Of a DNA stretch of 64,000 nucleotides, positions 25,637-36,434 are shown one piece after another. The stretch lies in NCBI GenBank assembly GCA_964604165.1, contig CAZRYF010000016.1, forward strand, positions 5,229 through 69,228. The letters run 5' to 3'. Both the position numbers and the translations under genes were made by a program. The first letter of the stretch is position 1; every line of letters starts with the position of its first letter. Origin of the DNA: an uncultured Enterobacterales bacterium (lineage in GTDB: Bacteria > Myxococcota_A > UBA796 > CAJQPC01). Under the pieces are notes generated by a model that saw nothing but the letters and a program-made list of their open reading frames with translations, had not been told where the DNA came from and did not search any database.

Positions 25637-27538
25637 ATGGGAAAGATCATCGGAATCGACCTGGGAACGACCAACTCGGTGGTTTCAGTCATGGAAGGGG
25701 ATGCCCCCACCGTCATCGTCAACGAGGAAGGCGGCCGCACAACGCCGTCGGTGGTTGCGTTCACCAAGGACGACGAGCGCCTGGTAGGCGCCGCAGCCCG
25801 TCGGCAGGCCATCACGAACCCGGAAAAGACCATTTCGTCCATCAAGCGATTCATGGGGTACCGGTTTGACGAGGCCGCCAAGGAGCTGGAGCGGGTTCCT
25901 TTCAAGGTGACCCGTGGCGACGGCGGCGACTGCCGGGTGGATATCGATGGCGAGAAGTTCTCGGCCCCCGAAATCTCCGCCATGGTGCTCCAAAAGCTGA
26001 AGCTCCAGGCGGAGCGCTACCTGGGCTCGCCGGTGACGGAGGCGGTGATCACCGTGCCCGCCTACTTCAACGACTCTCAGCGCCAGGCCACAAAGGATGC
26101 TGGCCAGGTCGCGGGCCTCGAGGTGAAGCGCATCATCAATGAGCCCACGGCGGCAGCTTTGGCGTACGGCATTGACACCGAGAAGGATGAGGTCATTGCC
26201 GTGTTCGACTTTGGTGGCGGTACCTTTGACATCTCCATCCTGGAGGTGGGTGAGAGCGTGGTGGAGGTCAAGTCCACCAACGGCGACACCCACCTGGGCG
26301 GTGACGATGTGGACCGGGTGGTCATCGACTGGTTGATCGCCGAGTTCAAGAAGGACACTGGCATCGACGTCAGCAAAGACAAGATGGTGCTGCAGCGCCT
26401 TCGGGATGCTGCCGAGAAGGCCAAGATCGAGCTCTCCGCTTCTCCGCGGACCTCCATCAATTTGCCCTTTCTCACGGCGGATGCCTCGGGTCCGAAGCAC
26501 CTGGAAGCCGAGCTCACCCTGGCGAAGTTCGAGCAGATGATCGACCCCATTATCGAACGCACCCTGACCCCCTGCCGCAAGGCCATGAAGGATGCAGGCG
26601 TGACCTCCTCGGAAATTGACCAGGTGCTGCTGGTGGGAGGTTCCACCCGGATTCCCCTGGTCATTCAGAAGGTGACGGAGTTGTTCGGCAAGGAGCCCAA
26701 CCGCTCGGTCAACCCGGACGAGGTGGTGGCCATGGGCGCTGCCATCCAGGGCGGAATCTTGGGCGGCGATGTCACGGACATGCTGCTCTTGGACGTGACA
26801 CCGCTCTCCCTGGGCATTGAGACCCTGGGGGGTGTGTTCACCATCCTGATTCCCCGAAACACCACGATTCCTTCTTCCAAGAGCGAGGTCTTCAGCACGG
26901 CGGCGGACAACCAGACCGCTGTGGACATTCAGGTCTTTCAGGGAGAGCGTCAGCTCGCCATGGAGAACCGCTTGCTGGGCAACTTCCGGCTGGATGGTCT
27001 TCCCAATGCGGCCCGGGGGATCCCCCAGATCGAGGTGTCCTTTGACATTGACGCCAACGGGTTGGTGAACGTGAAGGCCAAGGACAAGGCCACGGGACGG
27101 GAGCAAGCCATCACCATCACGTCCTCTTCGGGGCTCTCCGAGGCCGAGGTGGAGCAGCTGGTGCAGGATGCGGAAGCACACGCTGAGAGCGATGCTGCCC
27201 GCCGGGACGAGATCGACGCCAGGAACAACCTGGACAACATGGTCTACCAGACCGAGAAGCTGCTGACGGAGAACGAAGACAAGCTCGACCCGGCTGCAGT
27301 GGCCCCGGTCAAGGACGCCCTGGTTTCTGCCAAGGCGGCCTTGGAAGGAGAGGATGCAGAGGCCATGAAGGCGGCGCTTGAGAACCTCACCGCGTCGAGC
27401 CAGAAAATGGCGGAGGCCCTGTACTCTCAGACGGCTGGCGATCCATCCATGGGGGCTGGGGAGCCCGGGATGGGTTCCGAGAACCCTGGACCCTCGGGTG
27501 ATTCTGACGTGATCGACGCGGAATTCGAAGAGGCTTGA
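25637..27538 (+). CDS. dnaK: Molecular chaperone DnaK (Hsp70)
   Basis: '[16 protein letters not shown]...[12 protein letters not shown]...' is a canonical Hsp70 over 633 aa. Confidence 0.98.
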   Translation: MGKIIGIDLGTTNSVVSVMEGDAPTVIVNEEGGRTTPSVVAFTKDDERLVGAAARRQAITNPEKTISSIKRFMGYRFDEAAKELERVPFKVTRGDGGDCRVDIDGEKFSAPEISAMVLQKLKLQAERYLGSPVTEAVITVPAYFNDSQRQATKDAGQVAGLEVKRIINEPTAAALAYGIDTEKDEVIAVFDFGGGTFDISILEVGESVVEVKSTNGDTHLGGDDVDRVVIDWLIAEFKKDTGIDVSKDKMVLQRLRDAAEKAKIELSASPRTSINLPFLTADASGPKHLEAELTLAKFEQMIDPIIERTLTPCRKAMKDAGVTSSEIDQVLLVGGSTRIPLVIQKVTELFGKEPNRSVNPDEVVAMGAAIQGGILGGDVTDMLLLDVTPLSLGIETLGGVFTILIPRNTTIPSSKSEVFSTAADNQTAVDIQVFQGERQLAMENRLLGNFRLDGLPNAARGIPQIEVSFDIDANGLVNVKAKDKATGREQAITITSSSGLSEAEVEQLVQDAEAHAESDAARRDEIDARNNLDNMVYQTEKLLTENEDKLDPAAVAPVKDALVSAKAALEGEDAEAMKAALENLTASSQKMAEALYSQTAGDPSMGAGEPGMGSENPGPSGDSDVIDAEFEEA

Positions 27539-27555
27539 GTCGGATCTGATCGAAT

Positions 27556-27584
27556 GGCCGCCGTGGGAATCCCCCACGGCGGCC
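27556..27584 (+). terminator. dnaK-dnaJ intercistronic hairpin (partial terminator/attenuator candidate)
   Basis: Perfect 12-bp stem GGCCGCCGTGGG-aatcc-CCCACGGCGGCC, 18 nt after the dnaK stop, followed by TTTGGTT. It sits 22 nt before the dnaJ GTG. Confidence 0.5.
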
Positions 27585-27606
27585 TTTGGTTCAATCGGAG
27601 GGGCGT

Positions 27607-28725
27607 GTGGCGCGGGACTACTACGAAACCCTGGGGGTCCCCAGGACGGCGGATGAGAAGGAGCTGAAGAAGTCCTTCCGCAAGCTCGCCTTGCAGTACC
27701 ACCCGGACCGAAATCCGGACGACGCGGACGCTGAGGCGAAGTTCAAGGAGGTCTCAGAGGCTTATGAAGTGCTCTCTGACTCCCAAAAGCGCGCCACCTA
27801 CGACCGGTTCGGACATGACGGATTGAAGGGGGCGGGATTCTCTCCGAACTTCCACAGCGCCGATGACATCTTCTCCCACTTTGGGGACATCTTTGGGGAT
27901 CTCTTCGGAGGCGGTGGAGGGGGCCGGCGTCCTCCCCGTGGACCCCGGCGAGGCTCGGACCTGGAAATCGGCCTGCGGGTCGGGTTCTTGGATGCTGTCA
28001 AGGGAGGGGAGCAGAACCTGGAGGTGCCCCGGCACCCGAACTGTGACCTCTGCGAGGGCAGCGGGGCGAAGCCAGGCAGCACCCCCGAGAGCTGCGATAC
28101 CTGTGGCGGGCGCGGTGAAGTGCTGCAACAGCAGATGTTTCTGCGGGTGCGGACGACCTGTCCGGCCTGTCGGGGGCAGGGGAAGATCATTCGGGAGCGC
28201 TGTGCGGACTGTGGCGGACAGGGCCGGGTGCGCACCACCTCCAAGCTGACGGTGACGGTGCCTCCTGGGGTCGACCACGGCATGCAGCTTCGCCTGGCCG
28301 GGAAGGGGGAGTACGGGGATCCCGGCGGGCCACCGGGCGATCTGTACGTGACCATTCATCTCAAAGAGCACGAGTTCTTTCAGCGGGATGGGCTGGATAT
28401 CTACTGCACGGTGCCCATGAGCTATCCCCAGGCGTGCCTGGGAGCGGAGATCACGGTTCCTACGGTGCATGGGGAGGCGTCTCTCTCCATTCCGCCGGCC
28501 ACTCCATCCGGCAAGGTCTTCGTAATCCGGGGTGAGGGCGTTCCCAATCCCACGCGAAAGAACCAGAGGGGAAACCAGCATGTGCAGGTGGTGGTGGAGG
28601 TTCCCAAGAAGCTCAGCGCGTCGGAGAAGGAGCTGATCGCCAAGCTTGCTGAGTCTCAAGACCAGAAGGTGGGTCGCGGCCGGAAGGGTTTCTTCCGAGA
28701 ATTCCTGGAGGGGATCAGTGGCTGA
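27607..28725 (+). CDS. dnaJ: Molecular chaperone DnaJ (type I, J-domain + Zn finger)
   Basis: GTG at 27607 (GGAGGGG 3 nt upstream) gives '(M)[10 protein letters not shown]...[10 protein letters not shown]'. It carries four CxxCxGxG motifs ([32 protein letters not shown]). Confidence 0.95.
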   Translation: MARDYYETLGVPRTADEKELKKSFRKLALQYHPDRNPDDADAEAKFKEVSEAYEVLSDSQKRATYDRFGHDGLKGAGFSPNFHSADDIFSHFGDIFGDLFGGGGGGRRPPRGPRRGSDLEIGLRVGFLDAVKGGEQNLEVPRHPNCDLCEGSGAKPGSTPESCDTCGGRGEVLQQQMFLRVRTTCPACRGQGKIIRERCADCGGQGRVRTTSKLTVTVPPGVDHGMQLRLAGKGEYGDPGGPPGDLYVTIHLKEHEFFQRDGLDIYCTVPMSYPQACLGAEITVPTVHGEASLSIPPATPSGKVFVIRGEGVPNPTRKNQRGNQHVQVVVEVPKKLSASEKELIAKLAESQDQKVGRGRKGFFREFLEGISG

Positions 28726-29710
28726 AGAAGCACAACGGATCGATGCACTCGAGCAGCAAATTGCGGCGCTCACTCCGGTTTTTGCGGGCGTCCGAGAAGA
28801 AATCGCCAAGGTGGTCGTGGGCCAGCAGGACCTGGTGGATCGGCTCTTGGTGGGCCTGCTTGCCGATGGGCACCTGCTTTTGGAAGGCCTCCCCGGGCTG
28901 GCAAAGACCACCGCAGTCAAGGCCCTTGCAGACACGTTGGACGCAGAGTTCACACGGATCCAGTTCACACCAGATCTTCTGCCAGCCGATCTGGTCGGCA
29001 CACAGATCTATGATCCAAAGTCCGGCGAATTCCACACCCGGAAGGGGCCGCTTTTTGGCAACATCGTCCTGGCGGACGAGATCAACCGCGCCCCGGCCAA
29101 GGTCCAGTCCGCCCTTTTGGAAGCCATGGAGGAGCGCCAGGTCACCTTGGGAGATGAGACCTATCCCTTGCCGTCTCCTTTCCTGGTGTTGGCCACCCAG
29201 AACCCCATTGAGCAGGAGGGCACCTATCCCCTGCCAGAAGCACAGGTGGACCGATTCCTGATGAAGGTGCGGGTGTCTTATCCGGGCCGTGAGGAGGAAC
29301 GGGAGATCATGCGCCGGGACATCCAGGCGCCGCCCGCGCTTCAATCCGTTCTGGGGCCAAGTCAGCTGCAGGACGCCCGTCGGGTGGTTCGCGCAGTTGC
29401 CATGGAGGCCGTGGTGGCGAGCTACATCCTGGACCTGGTCCGGGCCACAAGAACTCCCACGGCCTTCGGAATCGAGCTGGCATCCCTGGTGGAGTTCGGA
29501 GCTTCCCCGCGGGCTTCCCTGGCCTTGGCGGGGGCGGCGCGGTCCATGGCCTTTCTGGAGGGTCGGGGCTTTGTCACCCCGGACGATGTAAAGTCCGTGG
29601 CGCCTGACGTTCTGCGGCACCGGATCCTGTTGACCTACGAGGCGGAAGCCATGGAAGTGGATGCGGATGCGGTGATCCAGGATCTCCTCGAGCACGTTCC
29701 CACCCCCTGA
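28718..29710 (+). CDS. MoxR-family AAA+ ATPase
   Basis: '[39 protein letters not shown]...[15 protein letters not shown]...[26 protein letters not shown]'. The GTG at 28718 has GGAGG 6 nt upstream and overlaps the dnaJ stop (GTGGCTGA). Confidence 0.9.
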   Translation: MAEEAQRIDALEQQIAALTPVFAGVREEIAKVVVGQQDLVDRLLVGLLADGHLLLEGLPGLAKTTAVKALADTLDAEFTRIQFTPDLLPADLVGTQIYDPKSGEFHTRKGPLFGNIVLADEINRAPAKVQSALLEAMEERQVTLGDETYPLPSPFLVLATQNPIEQEGTYPLPEAQVDRFLMKVRVSYPGREEEREIMRRDIQAPPALQSVLGPSQLQDARRVVRAVAMEAVVASYILDLVRATRTPTAFGIELASLVEFGASPRASLALAGAARSMAFLEGRGFVTPDDVKSVAPDVLRHRILLTYEAEAMEVDADAVIQDLLEHVPTP

Positions 29711-29716
29711 CCACCC

Positions 29717-30583
29717 ATGCTCACGCCGGAGGATCTGCGACAGATTCGCCGCCTTTCCTTGCAGGCGGGGCGCCGGGTGGATGGGCTCTTCGCGGGGGGG
29801 TACCGCTCGGCCTTTCGCGGACGGGGCATGGAGTTTGAGGAGGTACGTCCCTATGTGCCCGGCGACGATGTCCGGCACATCGACTGGAACGTGACCGCCC
29901 GGGCCAGCGCCCCCCATGTGAAAGAGTTCAAGGAAGAGCGGGAGCTGACCCTGCTTCTTGCGGTGGATGTGTCTGCGTCTATGCGCTTTGGCTCCGGGGG
30001 ACAGGATGGCCGGACGGACAAGCGGCTCCAGTCGGCGCGAATCGCGGGCGCATTGGCGTGTGCAGCCACGCGAAACAACGACCGGGTGGGGCTCTTGGCC
30101 TACACGGATCGGGTGGAGCTTCTTCTTCCACCGAGAAAGAGCCGGGGCCATGCCTGGACGGTGATTCGGGAGGTTTTTGAGCATCGTCCAAAGCGTGTTC
30201 GCACGGATCTGGGAGACGCACTGGAGCACATGGGGCGGGTGCTCAAGCGCCGGGCTGTGGTGTGCATTGTCTCTGACTTCCTGGATGTGGAGGATCATGC
30301 CCGGGCGCTTGGGGCCTTGGCCTCTCGGCATCGGGTGAGCGCGTTTGTGGTGACGGATCCGCTGGAGGAGGCGGTCGAGGGGCTGGGGCTCTTGGTTCTG
30401 GAGGATGCGGAGACCGGTGAGCGCCGCCTCGTGGATGCAAGTCGGCTGACCCCGGGCCGCCCGGTGCAGGAGCGCCTGGAGGTTTTGGCCAGTGCGGGGG
30501 TGCACAGGACTTCCATCTCCACGGGAGAAGACCCCTTTCGGGCCCTTCAGGGCCACTTTCGCCGCATGGAGAGACTTCGATGA
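29717..30583 (+). CDS. DUF58 (vWA-like) protein of MoxR operons
   Basis: 'FEEVRPYVPGDDVRHIDWNVTAR' is the hallmark DUF58 motif, followed by 'LLAVDVSASM' (vWA-like). Confidence 0.85.
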   Translation: MLTPEDLRQIRRLSLQAGRRVDGLFAGGYRSAFRGRGMEFEEVRPYVPGDDVRHIDWNVTARASAPHVKEFKEERELTLLLAVDVSASMRFGSGGQDGRTDKRLQSARIAGALACAATRNNDRVGLLAYTDRVELLLPPRKSRGHAWTVIREVFEHRPKRVRTDLGDALEHMGRVLKRRAVVCIVSDFLDVEDHARALGALASRHRVSAFVVTDPLEEAVEGLGLLVLEDAETGERRLVDASRLTPGRPVQERLEVLASAGVHRTSISTGEDPFRALQGHFRRMERLR

Positions 30584-31488
30584 TCGCTCTCTTGCTTTTT
30601 GCCTGTGGCGCCCCGGAGCTGGCGCTTCCCCTCTCGCCTCCACGGGCCGCTGTGGAGCGACAGGTGGTCTCGCGACGTGTGGGGTCCGGAGAGGCTGTCG
30701 TGTTCCAGGAGCGCCTGTCCTGGGCCGACGGGTGGACTCCCCCGGAGGACTTCCTGGTGGTGGAGGGTGTCGAGGTGACCCTGGTGGATGAGGAGGTTGG
30801 CGGCACCGAGGACCGCAATTGGCGCACCCGCACCTGGTCTCTTGCGGGGGAGGATGGCTCCTACCACGTGCCTGCTGCCACCTTACGGTTCGTGGGGGAG
30901 GGGGATGCCCACCGGGACGTTCCCGCGGCAGCGGTGGACTTCGACATCGGTGTGGAGGGGCCGACTTCTGACTTGGAGGGGCTGATCGCCCCCCCGGTTC
31001 CGGCGCCCTTTCCGTGGAAGGCGTGGCTGGCGGCGGGAGTGGGACTGCTTTGCCTCCTTGCTCTTGGGTTCTGGGGCTGGCGCCGCTTCCAGCGCCGACG
31101 AGACGCCCCGCCTCCGCCCATTCCCCTGCCGCCACCAGATGAGGAAGCCCTGGAGGCGTGGGCCTCTCTCCAGGCCATGCCTGACCTGGATGACCACGCG
31201 CTCGCCCTGGGCCTCTCCCGTGTCTTCCGGCGCTACCTGGAGCGGGCCCTGGACGGGGTGCTGGCGACTTCTTGGACCCAGCGGGAGATCTTGAGGGCGC
31301 TGAAGAGGCTGGATCTGGACGAGGATCTTCTTGGCCGGTCCAAGAAGCTCCTCTCTGCCACGGATGCGTTGAAGTTCGCCCGGCGTGGGGGAGGAGAACG
31401 GTTCTTTTCCGAGCTGGATCAGGACTTTCGACGGGTCGTTGAGCACACCCGGCCGCTGCCGCCACAGGAGGAGCGCCTCGGTGCTTGA
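30580..31488 (+). CDS. Membrane protein, BatD-like N-half + DUF4381-like C-half
   Basis: Occupies the position of the DUF4381 gene in Bat operons. It has a central TM helix 'WLAAGVGLLCLLALGFWGW', then 'EEALEAWASL...LSRVFRRYLE...SATDALKFAR'. ATGA overlap with the DUF58 gene. Confidence 0.55.
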   Translation: MIALLLFACGAPELALPLSPPRAAVERQVVSRRVGSGEAVVFQERLSWADGWTPPEDFLVVEGVEVTLVDEEVGGTEDRNWRTRTWSLAGEDGSYHVPAATLRFVGEGDAHRDVPAAAVDFDIGVEGPTSDLEGLIAPPVPAPFPWKAWLAAGVGLLCLLALGFWGWRRFQRRRDAPPPPIPLPPPDEEALEAWASLQAMPDLDDHALALGLSRVFRRYLERALDGVLATSWTQREILRALKRLDLDEDLLGRSKKLLSATDALKFARRGGGERFFSELDQDFRRVVEHTRPLPPQEERLGA

Positions 31489-32458
31489 GTTCCAACATCC
31501 CGCCTGGCTTCTTCTCCTCTTGGTGCTGCCACTTGTGGCCTGGCGCCGACGGGGGACCCGGTCCCAGGCGGCTGTGGGTTGGTCTTCTTTGGGACTGGCA
31601 GGGGGCGGACGTTCTTGGCGCTCGGCCCTGTCCCCCCTGCCAGGAGTCTTGGAGATCCTGGGCATGGTGGCGCTGGTGCTGGCCCTGGCCCGTCCCCAGA
31701 AGATCAACCGAGAGGTAATGGTCGAAACCGAGGGAATCGACATCGTGTTGGCCCTGGACGTGTCTGGCTCCATGGAGGCCCTCGACTTTCGGGCGGGCGG
31801 GCGCAAGCTGAGTCGATTGGCGGTAGCCAAGCGGGTGGTGGCGGACTTTGTGGAGGGCCGCCCCCATGACCGCATTGGGCTGGTGGTTTTTGGAGAGGAG
31901 GCCTTCACCCAGGTGCCACTGACCCAGGACCAGGCAGCTCTCCTCTCCTTTCTCGACTCCATCCAGATCGGCATGGCAGGGGCCAACCGCACCGCGATAG
32001 GACAGGCGGTGGCTGTCTCCGCTCGCCAGCTGGCGGCCTTGGAGGCGCCAGGTAAGGTGGTGATTCTCCTCACGGATGGCAGCAACAACGTGGTGCCGCT
32101 CGACCCGCTGAAGGCTGCTTCCGCGGCGCAGGCGCTGGGGGTGCGGATCTACACCATTGGGGTGGGGTCCGAAGGGGGAGCCAGCAGGGGATTTTTCTCC
32201 ATGGGGCGGACGGAAGAGGTCGACATGGAGACCTTGCAGGCCATCGCCGAGGCCACCGGCGGTCAGAGCTTTCGCGCCACGGACACCCGGGCCCTCTTGC
32301 AGATCTACGACACCATTGACGAAATGGAGACCACCACGGCCGAGGTGGCGGAGCTTGTGCACCGGGAGGAGCTCTTCCGCCTGGCCCTGGTTCCCGGGGT
32401 GTTCTTGCTGGCGCTGCAGCTGCTCTTGGGGCAGACCGTTCTGCGGAGGCTTCCGTGA
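31481..32458 (+). CDS. vWA-domain membrane protein BatA
   Basis: GTG at 31481 (AGGAGG upstream) gives 'VLEFQHPAWLLLLLVLPLVAWRRR', a typical BatA N-terminus. vWA MIDAS 'IVLALDVSGSM'. C-terminal TM helix. Confidence 0.8.
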   Translation: MLEFQHPAWLLLLLVLPLVAWRRRGTRSQAAVGWSSLGLAGGGRSWRSALSPLPGVLEILGMVALVLALARPQKINREVMVETEGIDIVLALDVSGSMEALDFRAGGRKLSRLAVAKRVVADFVEGRPHDRIGLVVFGEEAFTQVPLTQDQAALLSFLDSIQIGMAGANRTAIGQAVAVSARQLAALEAPGKVVILLTDGSNNVVPLDPLKAASAAQALGVRIYTIGVGSEGGASRGFFSMGRTEEVDMETLQAIAEATGGQSFRATDTRALLQIYDTIDEMETTTAEVAELVHREELFRLALVPGVFLLALQLLLGQTVLRRLP

Positions 32459-34086
32459 CCTTTGCCGCGCCTGTCTGGCTAAACCTTCTGTGGGGGCTGC
32501 CGCTCCTGGCCTGGCTCCTGTGGAAGGATGCCCGCAAGCGACGGGACCAGATTGCCCGGGTTTTCGGGGAGACCCTGGGGGAGCGCGTTGCCCCGGCTTC
32601 CCTCTGGCGCAAGCGCTCCTGGAAGCGGACCTTGTGGGTGTTGGGAATGGCGGCTTTGCTGTTTGCTGCAGCCCAGCCACGCTGGGGTTTCCAGTGGAAG
32701 GAGACACAGAGCCGTGGTGTGGAGCTTGTGGTGGCTTTGGATGTGTCCCGCTCCATGGATGCGAAGGATGTCGATCCCTCCCGTCTGGAGCGGGCCCGCC
32801 GTGAGATCCAGGACCTGTTGCAGTGGGTACAGGGAGACCGGATCGGGCTGGTGATTTTTGCCGGAGGGGCCTATCCCCGCGTGCCCCTCACCCGGGACCG
32901 AAACGCGCTCCTGCAGATTCTTCGGGCCACGGACTCCCAGGTGCTGCGGGCCCAGGGCAGCTCCCTGGCCGCTGCGCTCTCTGTGGCCAGGGACCTCTTT
33001 GGAGACGAGGCCGCAAGCCATCGGGGGATCGTGTTGATCTCAGATGGCGAGGCTTGGGATCCGGGCTTGGACCACGAGGTGGGTCTCTTGGCGGAACAGG
33101 GCATTCGCGTGTACGCGGTAGGGGTGGGCACCGAAAAGGGGGCGCCCATTCCAGAAACGGGCGGTGGGTTCAAGAAGGACCGCGCTGGGGAGGTGGTGTT
33201 GACCCGCTTGGAAGCGTCTGCACTCAAGGGCATCGCGGCGGCCACCGGTGGGGCCTATGTCCAGTCCGTGGCGGGGGCGTCGGACATGCGAGCCCTGGCG
33301 GACACCCTACACGGTGCGCTGGAGTCAGTGGAGGGGGAAGCCCACCGGGAGCGTGTGTGGGATGAGCGCTTTCAGTGGCCCCTGGCCCTGGGAGTGGCAC
33401 TGCTTCTGGGGGCGGCCTTTTTGGGGGATGGCCGGAGCCTGGCGGCTGCATTGCTTCTGTTGTTCGTGGCCGCACCTGCCCGGGCGGAGTCCTCGGTGGA
33501 TGCAGCGACTCTCTGGGCGGAGGGACAGTCGCTGCACCAGGCAGGCCAGTTCGAGTCCGCCCACCGGGTCTTCACGGATCTTGCAGATCGGGCCCTGGAC
33601 CCGGCGACTGCTTTGAGCGCCCGCTACAACGCGGGCAACGCCTCCTACCGCGGGGGACGCCTTGAAGATGCCCTGGCAGAGTGGAGCCGGGTACTGGAGC
33701 AGGTGCCGGATCATCCCCAGGCCAGCGCCAACGTGGAGCAGGTCCAGCAAGAGCTACAGGCCCGTCGAAAACCCCCTGAGGAGCAACCCCAGGACGGGGA
33801 AGAAGGTGAGGAGGGAGACCCCCAGGAGGGGGAGGAAGGAGAGCCCCAGGACGGACAGCAGCAAGAGAATGGGGAAGAAGGGGATCAGGAGGAGTCAACA
33901 GAGTTGGAGGATCTCTCCCAGCTGGACGACACGGAGCAGACCCCGCAAGAAGGGGAGGAGGCGTCTCCGGTCGCACCGGGTGAGGGGGAGCTGACCGAGC
34001 AGGAAGCGATGCGGTTGTTGGAGCTGATTGAGGAAGGCCGGCCACGGGTGGTCGTTGGCGGCAGATCTCAGGAGAAGGACTGGTGA
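32455..34086 (+). CDS. vWA + TPR protein (BatB-BatC fusion-like) with acidic tail
   Basis: 'FAAPVWLNLLWGLPLLAWLLW', vWA 'LVVALDVSRSM', a TPR region 'LWAEGQSLHQAGQFESAHRVFTDL...YNAGNASYRGGRLEDALAEW', then a Glu/Gln/Gly-rich tail. GTGA overlap. Confidence 0.8.
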   Translation: MTFAAPVWLNLLWGLPLLAWLLWKDARKRRDQIARVFGETLGERVAPASLWRKRSWKRTLWVLGMAALLFAAAQPRWGFQWKETQSRGVELVVALDVSRSMDAKDVDPSRLERARREIQDLLQWVQGDRIGLVIFAGGAYPRVPLTRDRNALLQILRATDSQVLRAQGSSLAAALSVARDLFGDEAASHRGIVLISDGEAWDPGLDHEVGLLAEQGIRVYAVGVGTEKGAPIPETGGGFKKDRAGEVVLTRLEASALKGIAAATGGAYVQSVAGASDMRALADTLHGALESVEGEAHRERVWDERFQWPLALGVALLLGAAFLGDGRSLAAALLLLFVAAPARAESSVDAATLWAEGQSLHQAGQFESAHRVFTDLADRALDPATALSARYNAGNASYRGGRLEDALAEWSRVLEQVPDHPQASANVEQVQQELQARRKPPEEQPQDGEEGEEGDPQEGEEGEPQDGQQQENGEEGDQEESTELEDLSQLDDTEQTPQEGEEASPVAPGEGELTEQEAMRLLELIEEGRPRVVVGGRSQEKDW

Positions 34087-35684
34087 TCGGTCTCTTGCTC
34101 ATGGGGCATGTGTGGGCGGCGGAGGTCTTCCTGCAGGCGGAGACGACGCGCCTGCAGGAAGGGCAGACCGTGGGGGTGCAGCTCACGGTGGTGGATGGGG
34201 AGCCTCGCTCCAGGCCCGTGCTGAGAGTCCCCGAAGGGTTGACTGCCACAAGTGGTGGCAATCGCAGCTCCCAAACCCTCACCCGGGCAGGACGGCGGAC
34301 CACGCGGACCTATTCCTGGAATGTGACCGCGCTGGCGGCGGGCACGTTTCAGCTGGGACCTGTGCGGGTGCGAACCCGCGATCGGGTGCTGGACAGCAAC
34401 ACCCTCACGCTGCAGGTCCAGCCACGGAGCAGCGAGCCAGGGAAGGAAGGCGCCACAGCCACGATGGGGGAGGGCCCATTCTGGGCGGGGCAGACCGTGA
34501 TGTATCAGGTGGCTTTTCGAACGCCTCGGGAGCTGTTGGGAATTCAGTGGAGTCCCCCGGATCTCGACGGATTCATGGCAGCCCCGGGGGTTGAGCCAAA
34601 AGAGCAGAGCTTCGTTCTGGAGGAGGCGGGCCGGCGGTGGACGGTGGTCGAATTGGATGCACCCTTTGTTGCGACGGGCGCGGGCCTTCGAAAGGTGCCG
34701 GCCGGCATCATGACAGGACGTTTTCCGGCAGCCCGGCAGCGAAACCGGGGATTCATAAGGGAAACGCGGAACGATACCTTTGCCACGCGTCCCTTGGAGG
34801 TGGCCGTCAGATCACTGCCCACCGACGGACAACCGGAAGGGTTCAAAGGGCTCGTGGGAACGTTCCAGGCCCGGGCGACCCTGTCCGAGAGTACTGTGGC
34901 TCTCGGGGAATCTGTCACGATGACGGTGACCGTCGTGGGAGACGGCAGTCTGGCGGGACTCAAGCTGCCCCCGGTAGAGGAGGGCCTCGGGTTTCGGGTG
35001 TACGACGACCAGCCGGAGATCCAGGCGGCGGTCCAAGACGGGGTGTTTCTCTCCAAGGCGACCTTTCGCAGGGCGGTGGTTCCGGAGCAGGAGGGCTTGT
35101 TGGCGCTGCCAGCGGTCTCTTTTGTGGTCTTCGACCCGTCTGTAGAAGCCTGGAGAGAGATCCAGACGGCGCCCGCGGTGCTGGAGGTGAAGGCTGGGGA
35201 GGGGGCTGCCGCATTGTCGTCTTTTGTGGACCGCCACGCCGCTGGCGTGGACTCTTTGGCGGAGGACATTCTCCCGATTCATCCCCGGGCGCGGCTTTCA
35301 AGCCAGGCGTTTTCACCGGGGCAGCCCCGGTGGTTGGGGGTGCTCGGTGTTCCCTGGCTGGGTTGGCTTGGGCTTGTGGTTCTGGGGTGGGTGCAACGGC
35401 GAGCGCCAAGTCGGCGCCAACTCCTGAGGGAGCGACTCAAGGTCCTGTCCGATGGGGACCTGCCCGGCTTGGAGGGGGTGCTGCGGGAAGGTCTGGGGGT
35501 GGCCCTTGGGCGATCCGCCGCGGGCATTGATGGGGGAGCGTTGGAGGCGATCCCTGGAGAGTTGGGGGACGAAGCGCGCTCTCTCTACCGCACCCTGGAG
35601 AGGGTCCGGTATGGCGCCGCGACCGAGGCGGGACTTGCGGAACAGGTGCGGGACGTGGTGCACCGCTTGTTGGAGGCCACATGA
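34083..35684 (+). CDS. BatD-like (oxygen-tolerance family) protein
   Basis: Signal-like N-terminus, repeated beta-rich modules ('VGVQLTVVDGEP', 'YSWNVTALAAGTFQLGPVRV'), a C-terminal TM helix 'WLGVLGVPWLGWLGLVVLGW', and the expected position in the Bat operon. GTGA overlap. Confidence 0.7.
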   Translation: MIGLLLMGHVWAAEVFLQAETTRLQEGQTVGVQLTVVDGEPRSRPVLRVPEGLTATSGGNRSSQTLTRAGRRTTRTYSWNVTALAAGTFQLGPVRVRTRDRVLDSNTLTLQVQPRSSEPGKEGATATMGEGPFWAGQTVMYQVAFRTPRELLGIQWSPPDLDGFMAAPGVEPKEQSFVLEEAGRRWTVVELDAPFVATGAGLRKVPAGIMTGRFPAARQRNRGFIRETRNDTFATRPLEVAVRSLPTDGQPEGFKGLVGTFQARATLSESTVALGESVTMTVTVVGDGSLAGLKLPPVEEGLGFRVYDDQPEIQAAVQDGVFLSKATFRRAVVPEQEGLLALPAVSFVVFDPSVEAWREIQTAPAVLEVKAGEGAAALSSFVDRHAAGVDSLAEDILPIHPRARLSSQAFSPGQPRWLGVLGVPWLGWLGLVVLGWVQRRAPSRRQLLRERLKVLSDGDLPGLEGVLREGLGVALGRSAAGIDGGALEAIPGELGDEARSLYRTLERVRYGAATEAGLAEQVRDVVHRLLEAT

Positions 35685-36409
35685 ACCTGCTTTTCTTCCT
35701 GGGGTTGGCCCTGGCCAATCCCGCCTCCCTGTTGGAGACTGCCAATGACCACTACCTGGCGGGGGAGTACGTCGAGGCTGCCCAGGGGTACGGCACCTTG
35801 ATCCAGACCGGTCACACAAGCGGCGACCTGTACTACAACCTGGGGAACGCCTTGTACCGTGAAGGGGAGCTGGCCCAGGCCGTGCTTGCCTGGAAACGGG
35901 CCGAGTGGCTGCTTCCCAGGGACGGGGACATTCTTGCCAACCTGGATCGGGCCCGGGGGCAGGCACTCGATGGCATTGCGACGGACTCGGGGCCTCGCAT
36001 CTACTTTCTCTCCCGCATGTTGTCTGTGGGGGAGCAGGCCTGGGCTTCTGCCTGGCTCTTGGGGTTGTTGGGGTTGCTGTTTGTGTGGAGACGTGCCCGA
36101 CCGGTGGCCTCCCTTTCCATCCCCGTGGTGCTCCTCGGCGTGCCCGGCGCGCTGCTTCTGGTTTCCGCAGCCGGGGAGTTGAATCGACAAGGCCGTCAAA
36201 CCCCGGCGGTCCTGGTGGCCCCTCACGTGGAGGCCACCTCTGCGGGGGAAGGGGGCGTGGCCCTCTTTGAGCTGCATGCGGCCGCAGAGGTGGTGATCCT
36301 GGAGCGGGTGGGGGACAAGCGGCTCATCTCCCTGCCGGACGGGCGGCGCGGGTGGGTCCCAGCGGAGGCCCTGGGCGAGGTGCGGCCTGCGGCACCCATG
36401 CCCGGGTGA
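35681..36409 (+). CDS. TPR + SH3-like protein (BatE-like)
   Basis: TPR 'ANDHYLAGEYVEAAQGYGTLI...GDLYYNLGNALYREGELAQAVLAWKRA', TM segments, and a C-terminal SH3-like 'LISLPDGRRGWVPAEALGEV'. ATGA overlap. Confidence 0.65.
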   Translation: MNLLFFLGLALANPASLLETANDHYLAGEYVEAAQGYGTLIQTGHTSGDLYYNLGNALYREGELAQAVLAWKRAEWLLPRDGDILANLDRARGQALDGIATDSGPRIYFLSRMLSVGEQAWASAWLLGLLGLLFVWRRARPVASLSIPVVLLGVPGALLLVSAAGELNRQGRQTPAVLVAPHVEATSAGEGGVALFELHAAAEVVILERVGDKRLISLPDGRRGWVPAEALGEVRPAAPMPG

Positions 36410-36434
36410 TACATCCGTGGCTTCAGGAGTTTCC

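Noticed and set aside
25685-27577. A 630-aa minus-strand ORF opposite dnaK, and the 339-aa plus-strand ORF (23839-24858) opposite groEL.
   Set aside because: They are antisense to two of the most conserved proteins known. The translations are His/Arg/Gly/Leu-rich nonsense.
28715-32707. A 1330-aa minus-strand ORF spanning the whole MoxR-DUF58-BatA region.
   Set aside because: It runs antisense to four well-supported plus-strand genes. Over most of its length it sits in the frame where antisense stops would need the rare sense codons TTA/CTA/TCA. The translation is Arg/Pro/Gly-rich low complexity with no recognisable domain. This is a classic GC-rich shadow ORF.
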